Both the position numbers and the translations under genes were made by a program. A DNA stretch of 63,718 bases, filler included, from Olpidium bornovanus S191 (taxonomy: Eukaryota; Fungi; Olpidiomycota): the NCBI GenBank assembly GCA_017911155.1. It is 31 parts of 31 records of this genome, joined end to end, with 100 filler letters (N's around TTAATTAATTAA, not from the genome) between each part and the next. Parts side by side here need not be neighbours in the genome. Positions count along the whole stretch, not along the records: positions 34,180 to 35,772 come from JAEFCI010000595.1; positions 35,873 to 38,190 come from JAEFCI010004964.1; positions 38,291 to 39,763 come from JAEFCI010009249.1; positions 39,864 to 41,327 come from JAEFCI010006881.1; positions 41,428 to 43,166 come from JAEFCI010008874.1; positions 43,267 to 44,760 come from JAEFCI010012445.1; positions 44,861 to 46,658 come from JAEFCI010008173.1; positions 46,759 to 48,888 come from JAEFCI010001940.1; 23 more parts are not named here. One strand, given 5' to 3'. Below, in pieces: positions 35,232 to 47,149 of the stretch. How positions within the stretch are numbered: position 1 is the first letter of the stretch; every line of letters begins with the position of its first letter. The notes below the pieces were generated by a model. It was not told where the DNA came from, did not search any database, and was given only the letters and a program-made list of their open reading frames with translations.

Positions 35232-36446
35232 CTCTCTTTTCTCTCTTTCTCTCTCTACATCGACGTCAGCGAATCTGACGTTCCGTAATTTCGATTCACG
35301 TGCAGCCACGTCTACGCACATAATTTCTTCATCGCCTTGGCGGCGTTCAATTCCCCCTCCCATTTCATCCCGTCGAGCAAGAGCGCAAGAGCGGTGCGGT
35401 TAGTTTCGTACGGAGAAAGCCAGTCACGCAACCTTCGTTATTTTTTTTTTTCGTGTGACATGTTACATTCCATTTTTCTGCATCACTTCTGTTTTTTTTT
35501 TCCTTAGGCCGACGCGCTTCCTTACTCCCCGTCGTCGTCGCCATTTTCAGCACCGCGCGCGAACGCGAAAATGCCTGACGCACACGCTCTGTGCAGCGTG
35601 GGAAATGGGCGGGGGCGGGGGGCTTGGGGAGGGGGGCGGGGAAAGGGGAAAGGGGGAAGGGTGAGGAGGGCGGGCGGTTTGGGGGCAAGAGGGGAAGGGG
35701 GAAAAGGGCAAATGAGCGCTTAAAAGATAACGAAATACGCGCGCCCAGATTTTCCCCTTCCCCCTTGACCCGNNNNNNNNNNNNNNNNNNNNNNNNNNNN
35801 NNNNNNNNNNNNNNNNTTAATTAATTAANNNNNNNNNNNNNNNNNNNNNNNNNNNNNNNNNNNNNNNNNNNNCATGCGTTTCCGTACCGCCCGGCGAAGA
35901 CTATTTTTCCGGCATTTTGACGCGCTCGAAGAACATCACGCGAACGGACTTTTCAGCACCTGAAGGAGACCTTTTGAGAAGACTTGTCGTTTGCGCGGGC
36001 GCTCTCGCGTGTTGGACTTCCGCTGGCGGACTTAATTTCGGGGATGCCGTCACATTGCCCCGAAATCTCGCATTGGGCGTCCCGCATTCTCGGCTCGCCG
36101 AACGTTTCGATTCGCGGACGGCAATTGCGCGCCGCAGCGAAAATCACCCTTCGGAGATCGGAGTCGGTGCGAACGGGCGATTGCCAAAAAGTAGGACCCT
36201 CGGCCGGGGAAGGCGGCGCCTTGTTCTGTCCGTAACAGTGCAAGCTCGTGTAATTGGTGGGCTAAGCTGGAGGAGCAAAAGGACGAAGAAATTCATGCGA
36301 CGAAGACATAGAAGTCGCCTCGGTCGGTGTCTTCGTAGGTGAAATGAGTTCCAGTAAGAGGAGAGTGTCGAAACTAAAGAAGAAACAAAATGTTTTGGCA
36401 AAAGCATACCCAATGAACAGCCGCGGCAAAAAGCAAACAAAATTAA

Positions 36447-36519
36447 AGCCCAACGCGGGGGTCGAACCCGCAACCTTGAGATTAAGAGTCTCACGCTCTA
36501 CCGATTGAGCTAGCCAGGC
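36447..36519 (-). tRNA. tRNA-Lys, anticodon CTT, intronless
   Basis: GCCTGGCTAGCTCAATCGGTAGAGCGTGAGACTCTTAATCTCAAGGTTGCGGGTTCGACCCCCGCGTTGGGCT folds as a cloverleaf with anticodon loop CTCTTAA and T-loop GTTCGA. An oligo-T terminator follows. Confidence 0.98.
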
Positions 36520-38371
36520 GGAATGACAGAGCAAAATGTCGTGTGGTCCCATTTGTGGAAGAATTCGAATACCGGTGGGACGCGCGCCGGACTTGACGCC
36601 GCGAAAGCGTCAAACGACGCGAAGTCTCCCGTAGACATGGAACCCTGTGCGGCAGTTCACCTTCCCTGGCTTCGGCGGAAAGAGACAAGCGGGCGCGGGT
36701 TCTTGTTGTGTTCAGCGTGTTCAGGCACCTGAGGGAGATCAGAACGGCGAGGGCGGATCCGCTGCACAACAATAAGCGAAGGTCTTATGCCGCCCGATTT
36801 GCGACATGATGAGCTCCAAAAGGCAAAAGAGGAGAAAAAGATGTCGAGTCGTCGAGGTCGACGATCGGTTCGAGTTTTGGCCAACGACCGGATTGTGCGT
36901 TTGGCGGAAAGAATGTCGGGCCAATGGAAGAAAATACCCGGTTTGAGTTATGTCTTACTCTTTGCCGTTCACGTGACGGTTCCGGGTGCCCTTTCTGTTG
37001 AAACAAACGGGGGCGGTGCCCGCGTGGCTCCAGCGGGAATCCCTTTTCCTTCCGCTGTAAACCCGCAACGCCTTTAAGCCTGTATGCCCTAAAAGCTCTA
37101 CAACTCGTCGAACAGTTCCGAACAAAGAAGTTCCCGATCTTCCTTCTTAGGCCCCGTCCTCGTCTTCGCCCCTTCACCTTTCGGCCACTGCCGTTCTTCA
37201 CGTTCCCGCATTTTTGCGTTCCCGCATCTTCACATTCACAGTTTTTTTGAAAGTTCGCGAGACGGGAAGGTGCGCATGTTAGAACAAGAAGCTGGAGCAG
37301 AATGCAAACGGGCGAAATCCGCTTAGCAGGTTCGTCAGGAAGCGCCTTGACGAAAAGTAAAAAATAAAGACGCTCTTGACGGCCCACAGTGACCGGTGTC
37401 TTTCGGAAGCGACACGTAGCCGCCGGAGCGTTTGACAAAAACTAAAAAAAATGGACGGTTTGGGCCGCCGTCTCGACCCGTTCCTTTCAGCTCGACGGGC
37501 GCGCGTCCGACGTGGGTGAGTTCTTCGCGCGTTGGTCTGGGCCGTGCTGCTGGTGAATGACGCGGGAGCGCGGGTGCGAGGGAGGCGGGCGGAACCGTCT
37601 CGCCCGCACCTGCCCGGGAGAGTGGAGCCAGGGCAATCGAACCCACGCACTCGCGCTCCGCCTGGGGCCCTCCGGTTACTCACGCGCCACCTCGCGCCTC
37701 ACATAGTCCTTAAATACCGGTCACGGTGACTGGCGGAGCACCCGCTGAGGCGCTGCGGTTTAAACACAGACCGCGCAGGTGCGAAATGCGCTGCACGAAG
37801 GCCGCCCGCGAAAACGAACCGGACATCGGCCACCGCCGCCTATACAAAGAATCCCGGGGGCGCTCTTAGTCTGCAGAATCGGCCCCCAGAGAAACTAGTC
37901 TGTCGCGCTTTTGTTTGTCTAGGCCGCCGAACACCTTCCCAAAGCTGGCGTTTCTCCTTTCCCGTCATCATTTCGTTCACGCCGTACGATGTTTCGATTA
38001 CGTAAGACTCGGCTACAAGCGCGCTGGGTGTCTCACACTGACCGCCTAACAGCCCCGAACCACGAAAACCATGCAAAACCGGACAGCCACCTTCGAAACT
38101 GGGCCGGTCGTTTGTGGGGTAATTGATGACCTCCAGAACCAATCTGCGACCGTAAAGCCGCGTCATTATATGGCATAGTCTAATTAAACANNNNNNNNNN
38201 NNNNNNNNNNNNNNNNNNNNNNNNNNNNNNNNNNTTAATTAATTAANNNNNNNNNNNNNNNNNNNNNNNNNNNNNNNNNNNNNNNNNNNNTCCCCCCCCG
38301 GCCCCCCCCCCCCCCTCAACCACGTTCGCCGACCATACCTCGATCCCGCGCCGAGGGCGAGAAAAGGAAAA

Positions 38372-39564
38372 ATGGGCGCAGGAGACGGGACGTACGTCTA
38401 CACCTCTTCTAGCTCGGAGCCCACCTTCATGGGGAAGAGCGCGATGTTTGACGAGGACGTGCGATCGGTCCAGGCGCCGGTCGAAGAGCGGGAGAGGCCG
38501 TCGTCGAGCCCTGCCAGGATGCTGGCCCTCGGCATAATGTCAGTGTGGTTCTCAAAAGGGCGGGAGGGGGACGTCTGGTGTTTTGGCGCGGCGGGGGGGG
38601 GGGGGGCTCCCGACCGTTGAGGGATGACTGATTTCTTCCGCCGCCCCTCTCTCGCTTTTCTTGCTCTTCCCCGCCTCCTGTTGTATGTAGCGGATTGTGG
38701 ATTGTGAGCTTTGTTGCCATTATCTCGTTTTTTTTTTCCGCGCGTTTTTTTTGGCGTTCTCTGACCCGTCGACGAACACCACAAAAAAATAAACAAACAA
38801 ATATAAAAAAAATAAAAACCCAGGTCGGCGCGATATGCGAAGTCGTCGGGGCGCACTGGTTGGCCGGAAATGGACACGGCCGCAACCAGGCATTGACCGT
38901 CTGCGTTTGGATATTCCTGGGCGTCCAGATCTTCGGGTTCGCGGCGCATGTTCTGGTACGTTCACCGGGCGCGCGCGCGCGCGCGCGGCTCCCCGCCCCT
39001 CAGTTTGTGGTGGTTTTTTCGCGGCGTTTTTTTGTTCTCTAATCTTCTTCTCACTTTTTTTATTTTTTTTGCCTTTTTTTTTGTCGCGTTTGGGCCACTC
39101 CCTTTCCGCAGAGAAATGTCAAGCTCATGAAACTCAACTTCGTGCTTCTGACCGTGGTGAACATCGCTCTGCTCGTCACGATCATGTGGTACTCGTTCAG
39201 AAAACCCAAGACGAAGCTCAAGCACAGTGTCTACGACAACTCGCGGGTCCGCACCGGCGTCATCGCGGTCTCCTGCGCGCACGTTGGTGAGTTTTGCGCT
39301 GTCTCCCCTTTCTTGAAGAAAAAAAAATTCATGCTTTTTTCTTGGCTTCCCCTGCCCCACAACACACACACACACACACACACAAAATAAAATACTCACT
39401 GTTTTTCTTTGGTTTTCTATTTGTTCTGGTTTTTTTTCCGCGCAGTATTGTGGGTCGTCCAAGGGATCGTCTGCATGGCACACCACACCGTGGAGGTTTT
39501 GCGGCAGAGAGACCCGGCGCTGAAAGATGATGTCGAACTGTCTCCGAGAAATGATCCAGCATGA
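38372..39564 (+). CDS. Small orphan multi-pass (about 4 TM) membrane protein, 4 exons
   Basis: MGAG..RMLALGIMS | VGAICEVVG..ALTVCVWIFLGVQIFGFAAHVL | RNVKLMKLNFVLLTVVNIALLVTIMWYSF..GVIAVSCAHV | LWVVQGIVCMAH..DPA*. GT-AG sites are present; the first junction is approximate. Confidence 0.65.
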
Positions 39565-39863
39565 AAAACTTGGGAAACTCCCGAGAGCCACGTAGACGCA
39601 CACCCCTTTATGTTTTCACTCCGCATGGGTTAGAACCGAACGCATGAACTTCCTGCCAGACGGTCGGAATTTGCAAACCAAATCGCCCGTTTTCCGCGAA
39701 GCGGAGTTCTCTTGGTGTCATTGGGGAGGACACGTGGGCAATCTTCTTTTTTGCTAAAATCCANNNNNNNNNNNNNNNNNNNNNNNNNNNNNNNNNNNNN
39801 NNNNNNNTTAATTAATTAANNNNNNNNNNNNNNNNNNNNNNNNNNNNNNNNNNNNNNNNNNNN

Positions 39864-41221
39864 CATGTTGCACGCCAATTGGAAGAGCCACTCGGACGCC
39901 AGCTCGGTGACCTGGCGGTCGCGAGGGGGGAGATCCTCGCAGAGTTTGACGCCGGCCGGCAGCAAACGCCGGGCGGCGTCGCAGATCTTCTCCAGAGCGG
40001 GCAACAGCTCCGACCGGAGCCTGCTGGCTTTCAGGCAGTCGACGGGCCGCGGCGCGGGAACGTCACCGCCGACAACGATCAGGCCGCCCGAAGGGTCGGA
40101 TTGGATGCGCGTGACCGGAGCGCCGTAGTCGCGTAACACGTCGGCGGCTTCTCGAGGGTAACGGTCGCGGACATGCAGCAGCAGCTGCGGGCTCAAAGAC
40201 AAGAGCTCCGATTTGGTCAGGACGCAGAGTGCCGCCAGCATGGGACGGTTGGGATTAAGGGAGAGCAACTTCCACGGCCTCCGCGGAGTTTCGCACTTCT
40301 CAAGGAGATTCGCGATCTCCAGCAAGACATTCGAAACAAAGTCGATGTGCGCGTGGATGCGGGCCTTCATAGACAGGTCCAAGCTGTGCAGGGCGGGAGA
40401 CCGGGGGAGAACCGCGCGGTCCCCGGGATTACCTGGCGAGAGGCCGCCCAGAAACGTATGCAAAACACCGTCTTTCCCATCTTCAAGACGAATGGCGTCC
40501 AGCGCGCCTTTGAGATACGTGTCCCTCTGGATCTGACGGTGCACGCCCTCCATACCACACATTGGGCAGCTGTAGGGCCAAGCTTCTTACCTTTCGTCCC
40601 AAGGCAACTGAGCGAACTTCGTGGGGTCGAAAAATCTGTAAATTCTTCTTTTGCTGCGGAGGCAACCGCCGTGCAATGCGTGACCACATTCAAGCGTCAC
40701 GCTGTTCGAAAATACGCGGGCCGCGACGGGAGAGGCCGTTGAGGTGAGGGTCAGCCGGCGGCGGGGCGAAAGGGGGCGCAGCACGGGGGCGGGGTGTGGG
40801 GTGTGGTCTGAGCTTACGGGGGATCCGCGAGGTCAAGCGTTTGGTAGCAGGCAGCGCAACGGAACAGCAGGGACATGAGGTGGGGGTCGCCGCTTTCGAG
40901 GACCTCTTCGAAATACTCGTTCGTGGGGGCAGGGACGTGGCCCGCCCCGCTCTCGACATCGAATTGGTCGGGCCCCTGTCCGTTCCCAAAAGGATTTTCC
41001 AGCGACGCCGGGCCGGGCGGGCTGGGCCGGGCTTCATTAAAGCGGACCCGCGCGGGCGGGGCAGCAGCGAAGGGGTTCCAGGGGCCGGTTCCGACGGGGC
41101 CAGCGGCGTGCGGGCTCCAGTCGCGGTCGAGAGGGCTGTAGGTGGGCGGCGCCGCAAAGGCGGCGGGGGCGGCGGCGATGACGAGGAGGACGGCGGCAGA
41201 GACGACGGGCGAGGAGGGCAT
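39864..41221 (-). CDS. Signal-peptide protein with a RING-H2 domain (3'-truncated)
   Basis: MPSSPVVSAAVLLVIAAAPAAFA-A signal-peptide-like start. The spliced RING reads CAAC-YQTLDLADPP|VTLE-CGH-ALH-GGC..W-DE|S-CPMC. Exons 41221-40818, 40701-40591 and 40569 to contig end, with consistent phases. Confidence 0.8.
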
Positions 41222-43266
41222 CGTGCTTGTTTCGTGCCGCCGCCGCCGCGCGCAGGCGGAGTTCGCCCGGGATTTTGGTTTCAGGGGACGGAGATGGGGG
41301 GACGACTATCATACTGGGATGTGGGGGNNNNNNNNNNNNNNNNNNNNNNNNNNNNNNNNNNNNNNNNNNNNTTAATTAATTAANNNNNNNNNNNNNNNNN
41401 NNNNNNNNNNNNNNNNNNNNNNNNNNNCCCCCCCCCCCCCCCCCCCGCGTCTTCTTTCTTCCCTCCACCCGCCCCGGTAAATTCGGTACCCCCCCGGTAT
41501 CGGTACCGGTACCGGTACGGTACAAATCAATTATATGACGCGCAGGTGTAGGGATTGGGGTCAGATCTATTACTTACCTCACGGCTATCACAGACCATAA
41601 GAGACTTGCTCTTGCGGGAGCAAACTGCTTAAGGGCAAATGTGGCAGCAAATTGCGCCGTAGGGATACTTTAAGTGATCAATTTGGGGGAGAACGAAACG
41701 TCAGAGCTGCACCCAATCGGGTGCGCTGATGGGCGACGGTTGCCGGCACGGACGCTGCGCCAGGGTCGTCGCGCTTCGCCAAAACGGCAGCTGCGCGTTG
41801 CAGCGTTTGTCCCGCGCCGACATTTCTTCCAGAACGAAACGAGCGATGCCGGCTTGCCGGCGAGGGGGGGGGGGGGCTTTGACGACCGCTCGAGCGTCTC
41901 AGCGAGCGAATCTTTTTTTTCCGAACGTCCGAAACTCTTTTGGGGTAAGGGGGGTGGGAAACGGCGGTCGAACCTGGTCGGGCGGCAGATTTTTTTTTGT
42001 CGTCCGAAAAACAAACACGCCGGCTCGAATTTGACCTGCGCGTCAGGCGCGACGGGGCGCCGGTCCGGGCCCCGAGGTCCAGAAGAGTGCGCAGGCGCCG
42101 TCGCAAGGCGGGGGGGGGGGGGGGGGAGGGGGGGGGGGGGGGGCCGCGGCGGGGGGGGGGGGGGGGGGGGCACGCAGAGGGCGGGGTGCCTTTCGTCCGA
42201 TTTGCCCGGGGCGACGTGTCGCGGCGACGGGCGTCTTACTTCGAAAATCAAATTTGCCGGCTCCTCCGGCGACTCACCTCGGGTGCAGGGTCAGCCGGGA
42301 ATATCTCGGACGCGTCCCGCTCTGAAGCAGCCCTGAAGAACCGTGTCGTCACCTCAATTTCGCCGAGCCGTTGGTGACTCCTCCGTCGGGTGAACCGCGG
42401 CAGCCGCTTGTCGGGAACTTGGGAGAGGGCAAACGGCCCGGAGACATCCGCGATCCTCACAAACTTCGGCTGCACGGTGGCCCGAACCGCCGGCTGGCCC
42501 CCGGTGAAAGAGTTGTGAAGGTGGAACACCGGAGGCAATATTCGGAACGGCGAGCGACGAATTTTTATTTTGTTCTTCTGACACGCGTTGCCTAAGCTCA
42601 AGCCCCTTTTTGATCCGTTCCGGGCGCCCGCGGAGTTGTCGGCTCCGCGGTCCCTTCGCCAAAATTTCTTCTTCTCCTTCCGTTTGGCCGCTGCCCGCCG
42701 CTATTGCTGCAGCCGCCGGTTGACTCCCGCCGGCACCGTCGCGCTTGTGGGTCGCGGTCATCTCGCGAAGCACTGGCTCCGCCAGCTGCAGGTCGAGCAT
42801 GTGCGAGAGTCACTTGAACCTCCGGGCTCGTCTGGCCAGGCGGTCTACGGACCTCCTTCGGCAGGACGGCATTCAGGATGCCGCTCGGGAACAAACTTCT
42901 CCACCTCCCCGGCCGGCGCCAGCTGCGGCCGCGCCGAGGTCGCCGTCGCCCTCGGGCTTGGGGGGCCGCTCAAGAGGAGCGCGTCCGACGACGGCACCGT
43001 CGGCGCCGCCAGGTTGACGCCGCGGTCAGCTGTCGCCTCATCATCAGCGCAGCGCTCGTCGAACGAGCAGAGGTAAGAGCTCTCCTTGCTCCCCCTCCCC
43101 CCCCCCCCCCCCCCACCCTTCCATTTTGCGTAGAAACGGACCTTGTACTTGACATACGGGAACGTCNNNNNNNNNNNNNNNNNNNNNNNNNNNNNNNNNN
43201 NNNNNNNNNNTTAATTAATTAANNNNNNNNNNNNNNNNNNNNNNNNNNNNNNNNNNNNNNNNNNNN

Positions 43267-43322
<56 letters not shown>

Positions 43323-43360
43323 AAAAGAAACTGAGCGCGCCGCAGCACAAGGTTGTTGTT

Positions 43361-44760
43361 ATGTTCGGCGTGCTCAAGAAATTAATCTGGGGCGACCCGA
43401 ACAACCCGGGTGAGGGTGGCGCCGCGAGGGAGAAACCGAGACGGCCGGTGCGGACGGGGAGGGAGGACGGAGGAAGGAGGGGTGGAGGGGAAGGGGCGAG
43501 TGGAAACGCGCACACGCGCTCCTCCAGCCCTCGCATATCTCGCGGGGAGGGCCGCCTTACTCTCTCCGCGTTATGAACTGCCCGCCGTCGCGTTTGCCCA
43601 GTCTTTGGGAAAGGAGCGCGCCGGCTGACGTTACTCTTTACCTTTAGAATATTTTTTAGTAGAGTAAAATGTAATGACTTACAAACTCGTACGCGTCGCG
43701 GTCTTCGCTCTCCCTTCCCCGCCCCGTCCGTTTAGACATCGTCCAGATCCCTTCCGGCGCGTTTTTCCTGGTCAGGCTCGAGGGTCCGAGAGAAAACAGG
43801 GAATGCATGTATGCTGCCGGGGTGTCCCTTCTGTTCCCCTATGACCACGCTCAGCCTGCGCCTGTTCCAGCACCGACATCGGTTCTCCGTCGTCCCCTCC
43901 CACTTTTCTTTTCCGGAAAAGCTTCAAGGACGCGAATGCCACCATCCGACGTACCGGCACCGAGTTTCAGTACCAGTTGGTGATAACACGAGTCTACGAC
44001 GAAGGGGAAGAGGATCTAGAAGACGAGGAAGATGAAGGTTTGGCGGGAAATTTCAATCGGCTCTTCATGGAGCGCGACCTGCTCGAGAACGAGCTTTGCG
44101 CGCGTTTTGTCGCAGCCTTTTGTCGGACGTTCCGCTCAGAGTTCGAGCTTAAGCAAGGCGTTCCTTTGTGCTTTGAACGTATCAGTTCAGGACGAAAAGA
44201 CTTTTCTCATCGGGGAAGAGCTCAAACTTCACAGGGACCACGTTGAGAACTGCGTCTCGTTCGTCTGGTCGGGTTTCGACGACGTTAGTGGGTCCCTTAT
44301 ACCCCGTCCTTTGGGTTTTTCTTTACGGCTTTCGCGTTTTGCGTTTTTTTTTGTCCTTTTCGTGTCGTTTGGTTTGCACCGAGCCTCTTTGCTCCCTGGC
44401 TGAACGCGGAGTTCAGTTTTTCCGCGCTTTCTTCGAGTGGCTGGGTTTGCAATCTTTATATACCGTTGTTCGTTTTCTCTCGGCACTTCTGTTTTTCTGT
44501 GCTTTACGTCACGTCCGCATTCCCTGCACCTGCTAATCAACGATTCTTCACACCGCAGGATACTGAGACGCAGTACGAGTTCGTATGTGATATAAATACG
44601 ACGGCGCATTTGGCAAACACGTTTGAGCTGACGCTTTTGCAGTGCCTGTACGAGCGGAAATACCGTCGATCGCACTTCGGAGGCACCGAGGAAGAAATAC
44701 GGGCTCTCGAATACAAGTGCGTGCCGCCCAGGCCTTTCCCCTTAGACCGGTTAAGACATG
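43361..44760 (+). CDS. VID27: Vacuolar import and degradation protein Vid27 (5' exons)
   Basis: MFGVLKKLIWGDP | DIVQIPSGAFFLVR..ECI | DANATIRRTGTEFQYQLVITRVYDEGEEDL | YEFVCD..FELTLLQCLYERKY. Confidence 0.9.
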
Positions 44761-44860
44761 NNNNNNNNNNNNNNNNNNNNNNNNNNNNNNNNNNNNNNNN
44801 NNNNTTAATTAATTAANNNNNNNNNNNNNNNNNNNNNNNNNNNNNNNNNNNNNNNNNNNN

Positions 44861-45160
44861 ACATGGACACCCAGCTCGCGCGCTATGCAACTCAAGAAAA
44901 ATGGGACCCTTGGGGCGGTGGCCTTTGAAGGGTTCAGTCTGGACTGGAGGAAGGAGAACGGCTGGGCAAACCCACCTTGTGTGAGCGACGTGATGGAGCA
45001 GGTGGTGGCCAAGATCCGAGTGGAGCAGCCAAGGCTCACTCTGATCATCCCTGAAGAACCTTGTGAAGGGATGGTTCAAGGATCTACTGGACATGGCCCG
45101 AGTAATACTGGCGCCAAGCGGTCGCTGCCGCCAAGCCGCTGGCGACTCTGCCGGGCGTGG
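44861..45160 (+). pseudogene. DIRS-type (tyrosine-recombinase retrotransposon) N6-adenine methyltransferase-like domain, frameshifted
   Basis: TQLARYATQEKWDP / AVAFEGFSLDWRKENGWANPPC..MEQVVAKIR..LTLIIP / GWFKDLLDMA matches the N.QL.RF..DP..DAF..DW..(N/F)PP..VL.KI..LI.P.W..WF consensus. Two frameshifts. Confidence 0.7.
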
Positions 45161-45260
45161 CCGAGCCGGAAGAACGCGTCTCGGCTGAACCCCGACCAGT
45201 CGCGTACGGGACTTCGCGTACCGAACTTGCGAAGGCCACCAGGACGGCCCCGTCTCTAAG

Positions 45261-46658
45261 ATGACGGACGCAACCCGATGGGCGCATACCTCGGCGGCGG
45301 GGCGCCCTCCCAACGCCCCGTCGTTGGGTCCTCTGCCGCCGCCGTCGCTCTCCGATCTTGGAAACTCACCTCCAAAGCGATCCGGCAGCGACATTCCCCC
45401 AACGTTCCTGTGCCCTCCCGAGGCGGTGACTGTCGCGCCGTACGAGGGGCGCATGCACTTTCTGGACGCGTCCAGATCTTTCGTGGAACTCGCGGCACCA
45501 GTTCAATCGTCCCTTGCGCTTGTTCCGCAGCCTCATTCCGCAGCGCCGTCACTCTGTTTCACATATGCGCCTTTCCGCCGGTCGCCGCCCGTGATAGAGG
45601 ACGGCTCGCACTGGAACTGCGACCAAGAGATCGCCCGCGCGGAGCCTCAGCTCGACTACCTTCACCCGAAGCAGAGAGTTCACAAATTGGTCGCCCGCTT
45701 GGCGGTGCTTCGCGAAGCCGCAGCGTTCATAACCGCTCAGGTCTGCGCCGAAGAGAGCAAGCTGAAACATGAAAAACAGGTGATGGCCTCGCTGGAGGGG
45801 AACGACGCGCTGCGTTTCCAAGTCGCCGTGCGGCCAGCCCAGCGCCAGGCGTCAAACGAGGTGCCCCCCGAGCAGCAGGGCTGCACTCGCCGTTGGAGAC
45901 CGGTTTTGGACGAACTCAAGCCTTACGACCCGAACGTGGACGTGGACGTGATGACGTTCCTTCTCCGCTTCCAGCGTCTGTGTGTTCGTCATGAGATCCC
46001 ATATTGGTGCTGGGCACACCTTCTTTTCGCGGCGCTCCCACCTGAACTTAGCGACGCCGTCTTCCACGACTGGGAGTCGGGCAATCCCATAGACCCTTGC
46101 AATTTCTTAGCAATGAAGAGATCCATTGTTTCCAAGGCCAACGCCCGTGAAGGTGATCTCGCCACGGTGTACTGTTGGAAGCTTGAACATCACCAATGGG
46201 ATCCTGCCAAGGGGTTGTCCCAGTTCTTGCAAGAAACTCTTGAATTGTACAACTTGTGGAGGTACTTACATATCGATTATATTTGGCATTTGCTTCTCGA
46301 CAATATGTTTAACTTGCAATTCCTGTCGCATAGTACCGCCGCTGGATATTCAGGCAGAATGCGCAATGCCGACACCTTGAGAAGGGACTTTCTTGTTGGT
46401 CCACTACTGCGCAAAGTGCCCCCGTTTCTCGTGCGCGATCTCGGCAGGCATCCCGAGACCCTCACGTTTGACGAACTCAAGCATCTGCTAAATGCTGCGT
46501 ACTCGCGCCATTTGATGCTATGCACGGCGAGCAATGCCCTGTCGGCCGGCCGCGAATGCGACGACCGGCCGAGGTTCCATTTCGACGGGCAGGACGGGAT
46601 ATTTGACGGGTCTTTATCGAGAGGCGAATCTGTCCGCGGGTCCGCGAACGCCAGCATG
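45261..46658 (+). CDS. Uninterrupted retrotransposon Gag/capsid-like ORF (open to contig end)
   Basis: Intronless 466-codon ORF with a coiled coil, then YDPNVDVDVMTFLLRFQRLC..LLFAALP..WES..FLAMKRSI (capsid-like) and FLVGPLLRKVP..LTFDELKHLL. Confidence 0.55.
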
Positions 46659-47149
46659 NNNNNNNNNNNNNNNNNNNNNNNNNNNNNNNNNNNNNNNNNN
46701 NNTTAATTAATTAANNNNNNNNNNNNNNNNNNNNNNNNNNNNNNNNNNNNNNNNNNNNCATGTTGGTTCGTTTCCTGCGAACGGGTTCGCCAACGGCTTG
46801 TTGTCCGTTGTCGAGGTGACAAATAGGGAGTTTCCAGATGGAGAAAACAGGCAAGAGCCGCCTGTAAAGCAGTATGTTAACAGTGTGACTTATCCATCGC
46901 GGGCACGTCCATCCCGGCGGCGTGATTCGAGGGCGGACGCGTACCTGTGCGTGCAACCGCGTCGGCTATTTTCGCTACGTGACAGGTGTCAGCTCGGTAT
47001 CCGCAAATGAATAGACTGACACCCGTACGGTTGTCGGCTTACGGTAATTCAAGGAACTGCTCGGCTTCCCGATGTTTGCACCTGTGATGAACGAAGCGTT
47101 GGATTTGAGGCTACGCGACCCCGCCGCGCGGCGGAGCTACGACGACAAA

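Noticed and set aside
37840-38190. Possible copia protease/gag-pre-integrase remnant
   Set aside because: Only a vague resemblance; no DSG/DTG motif is recoverable in any frame.
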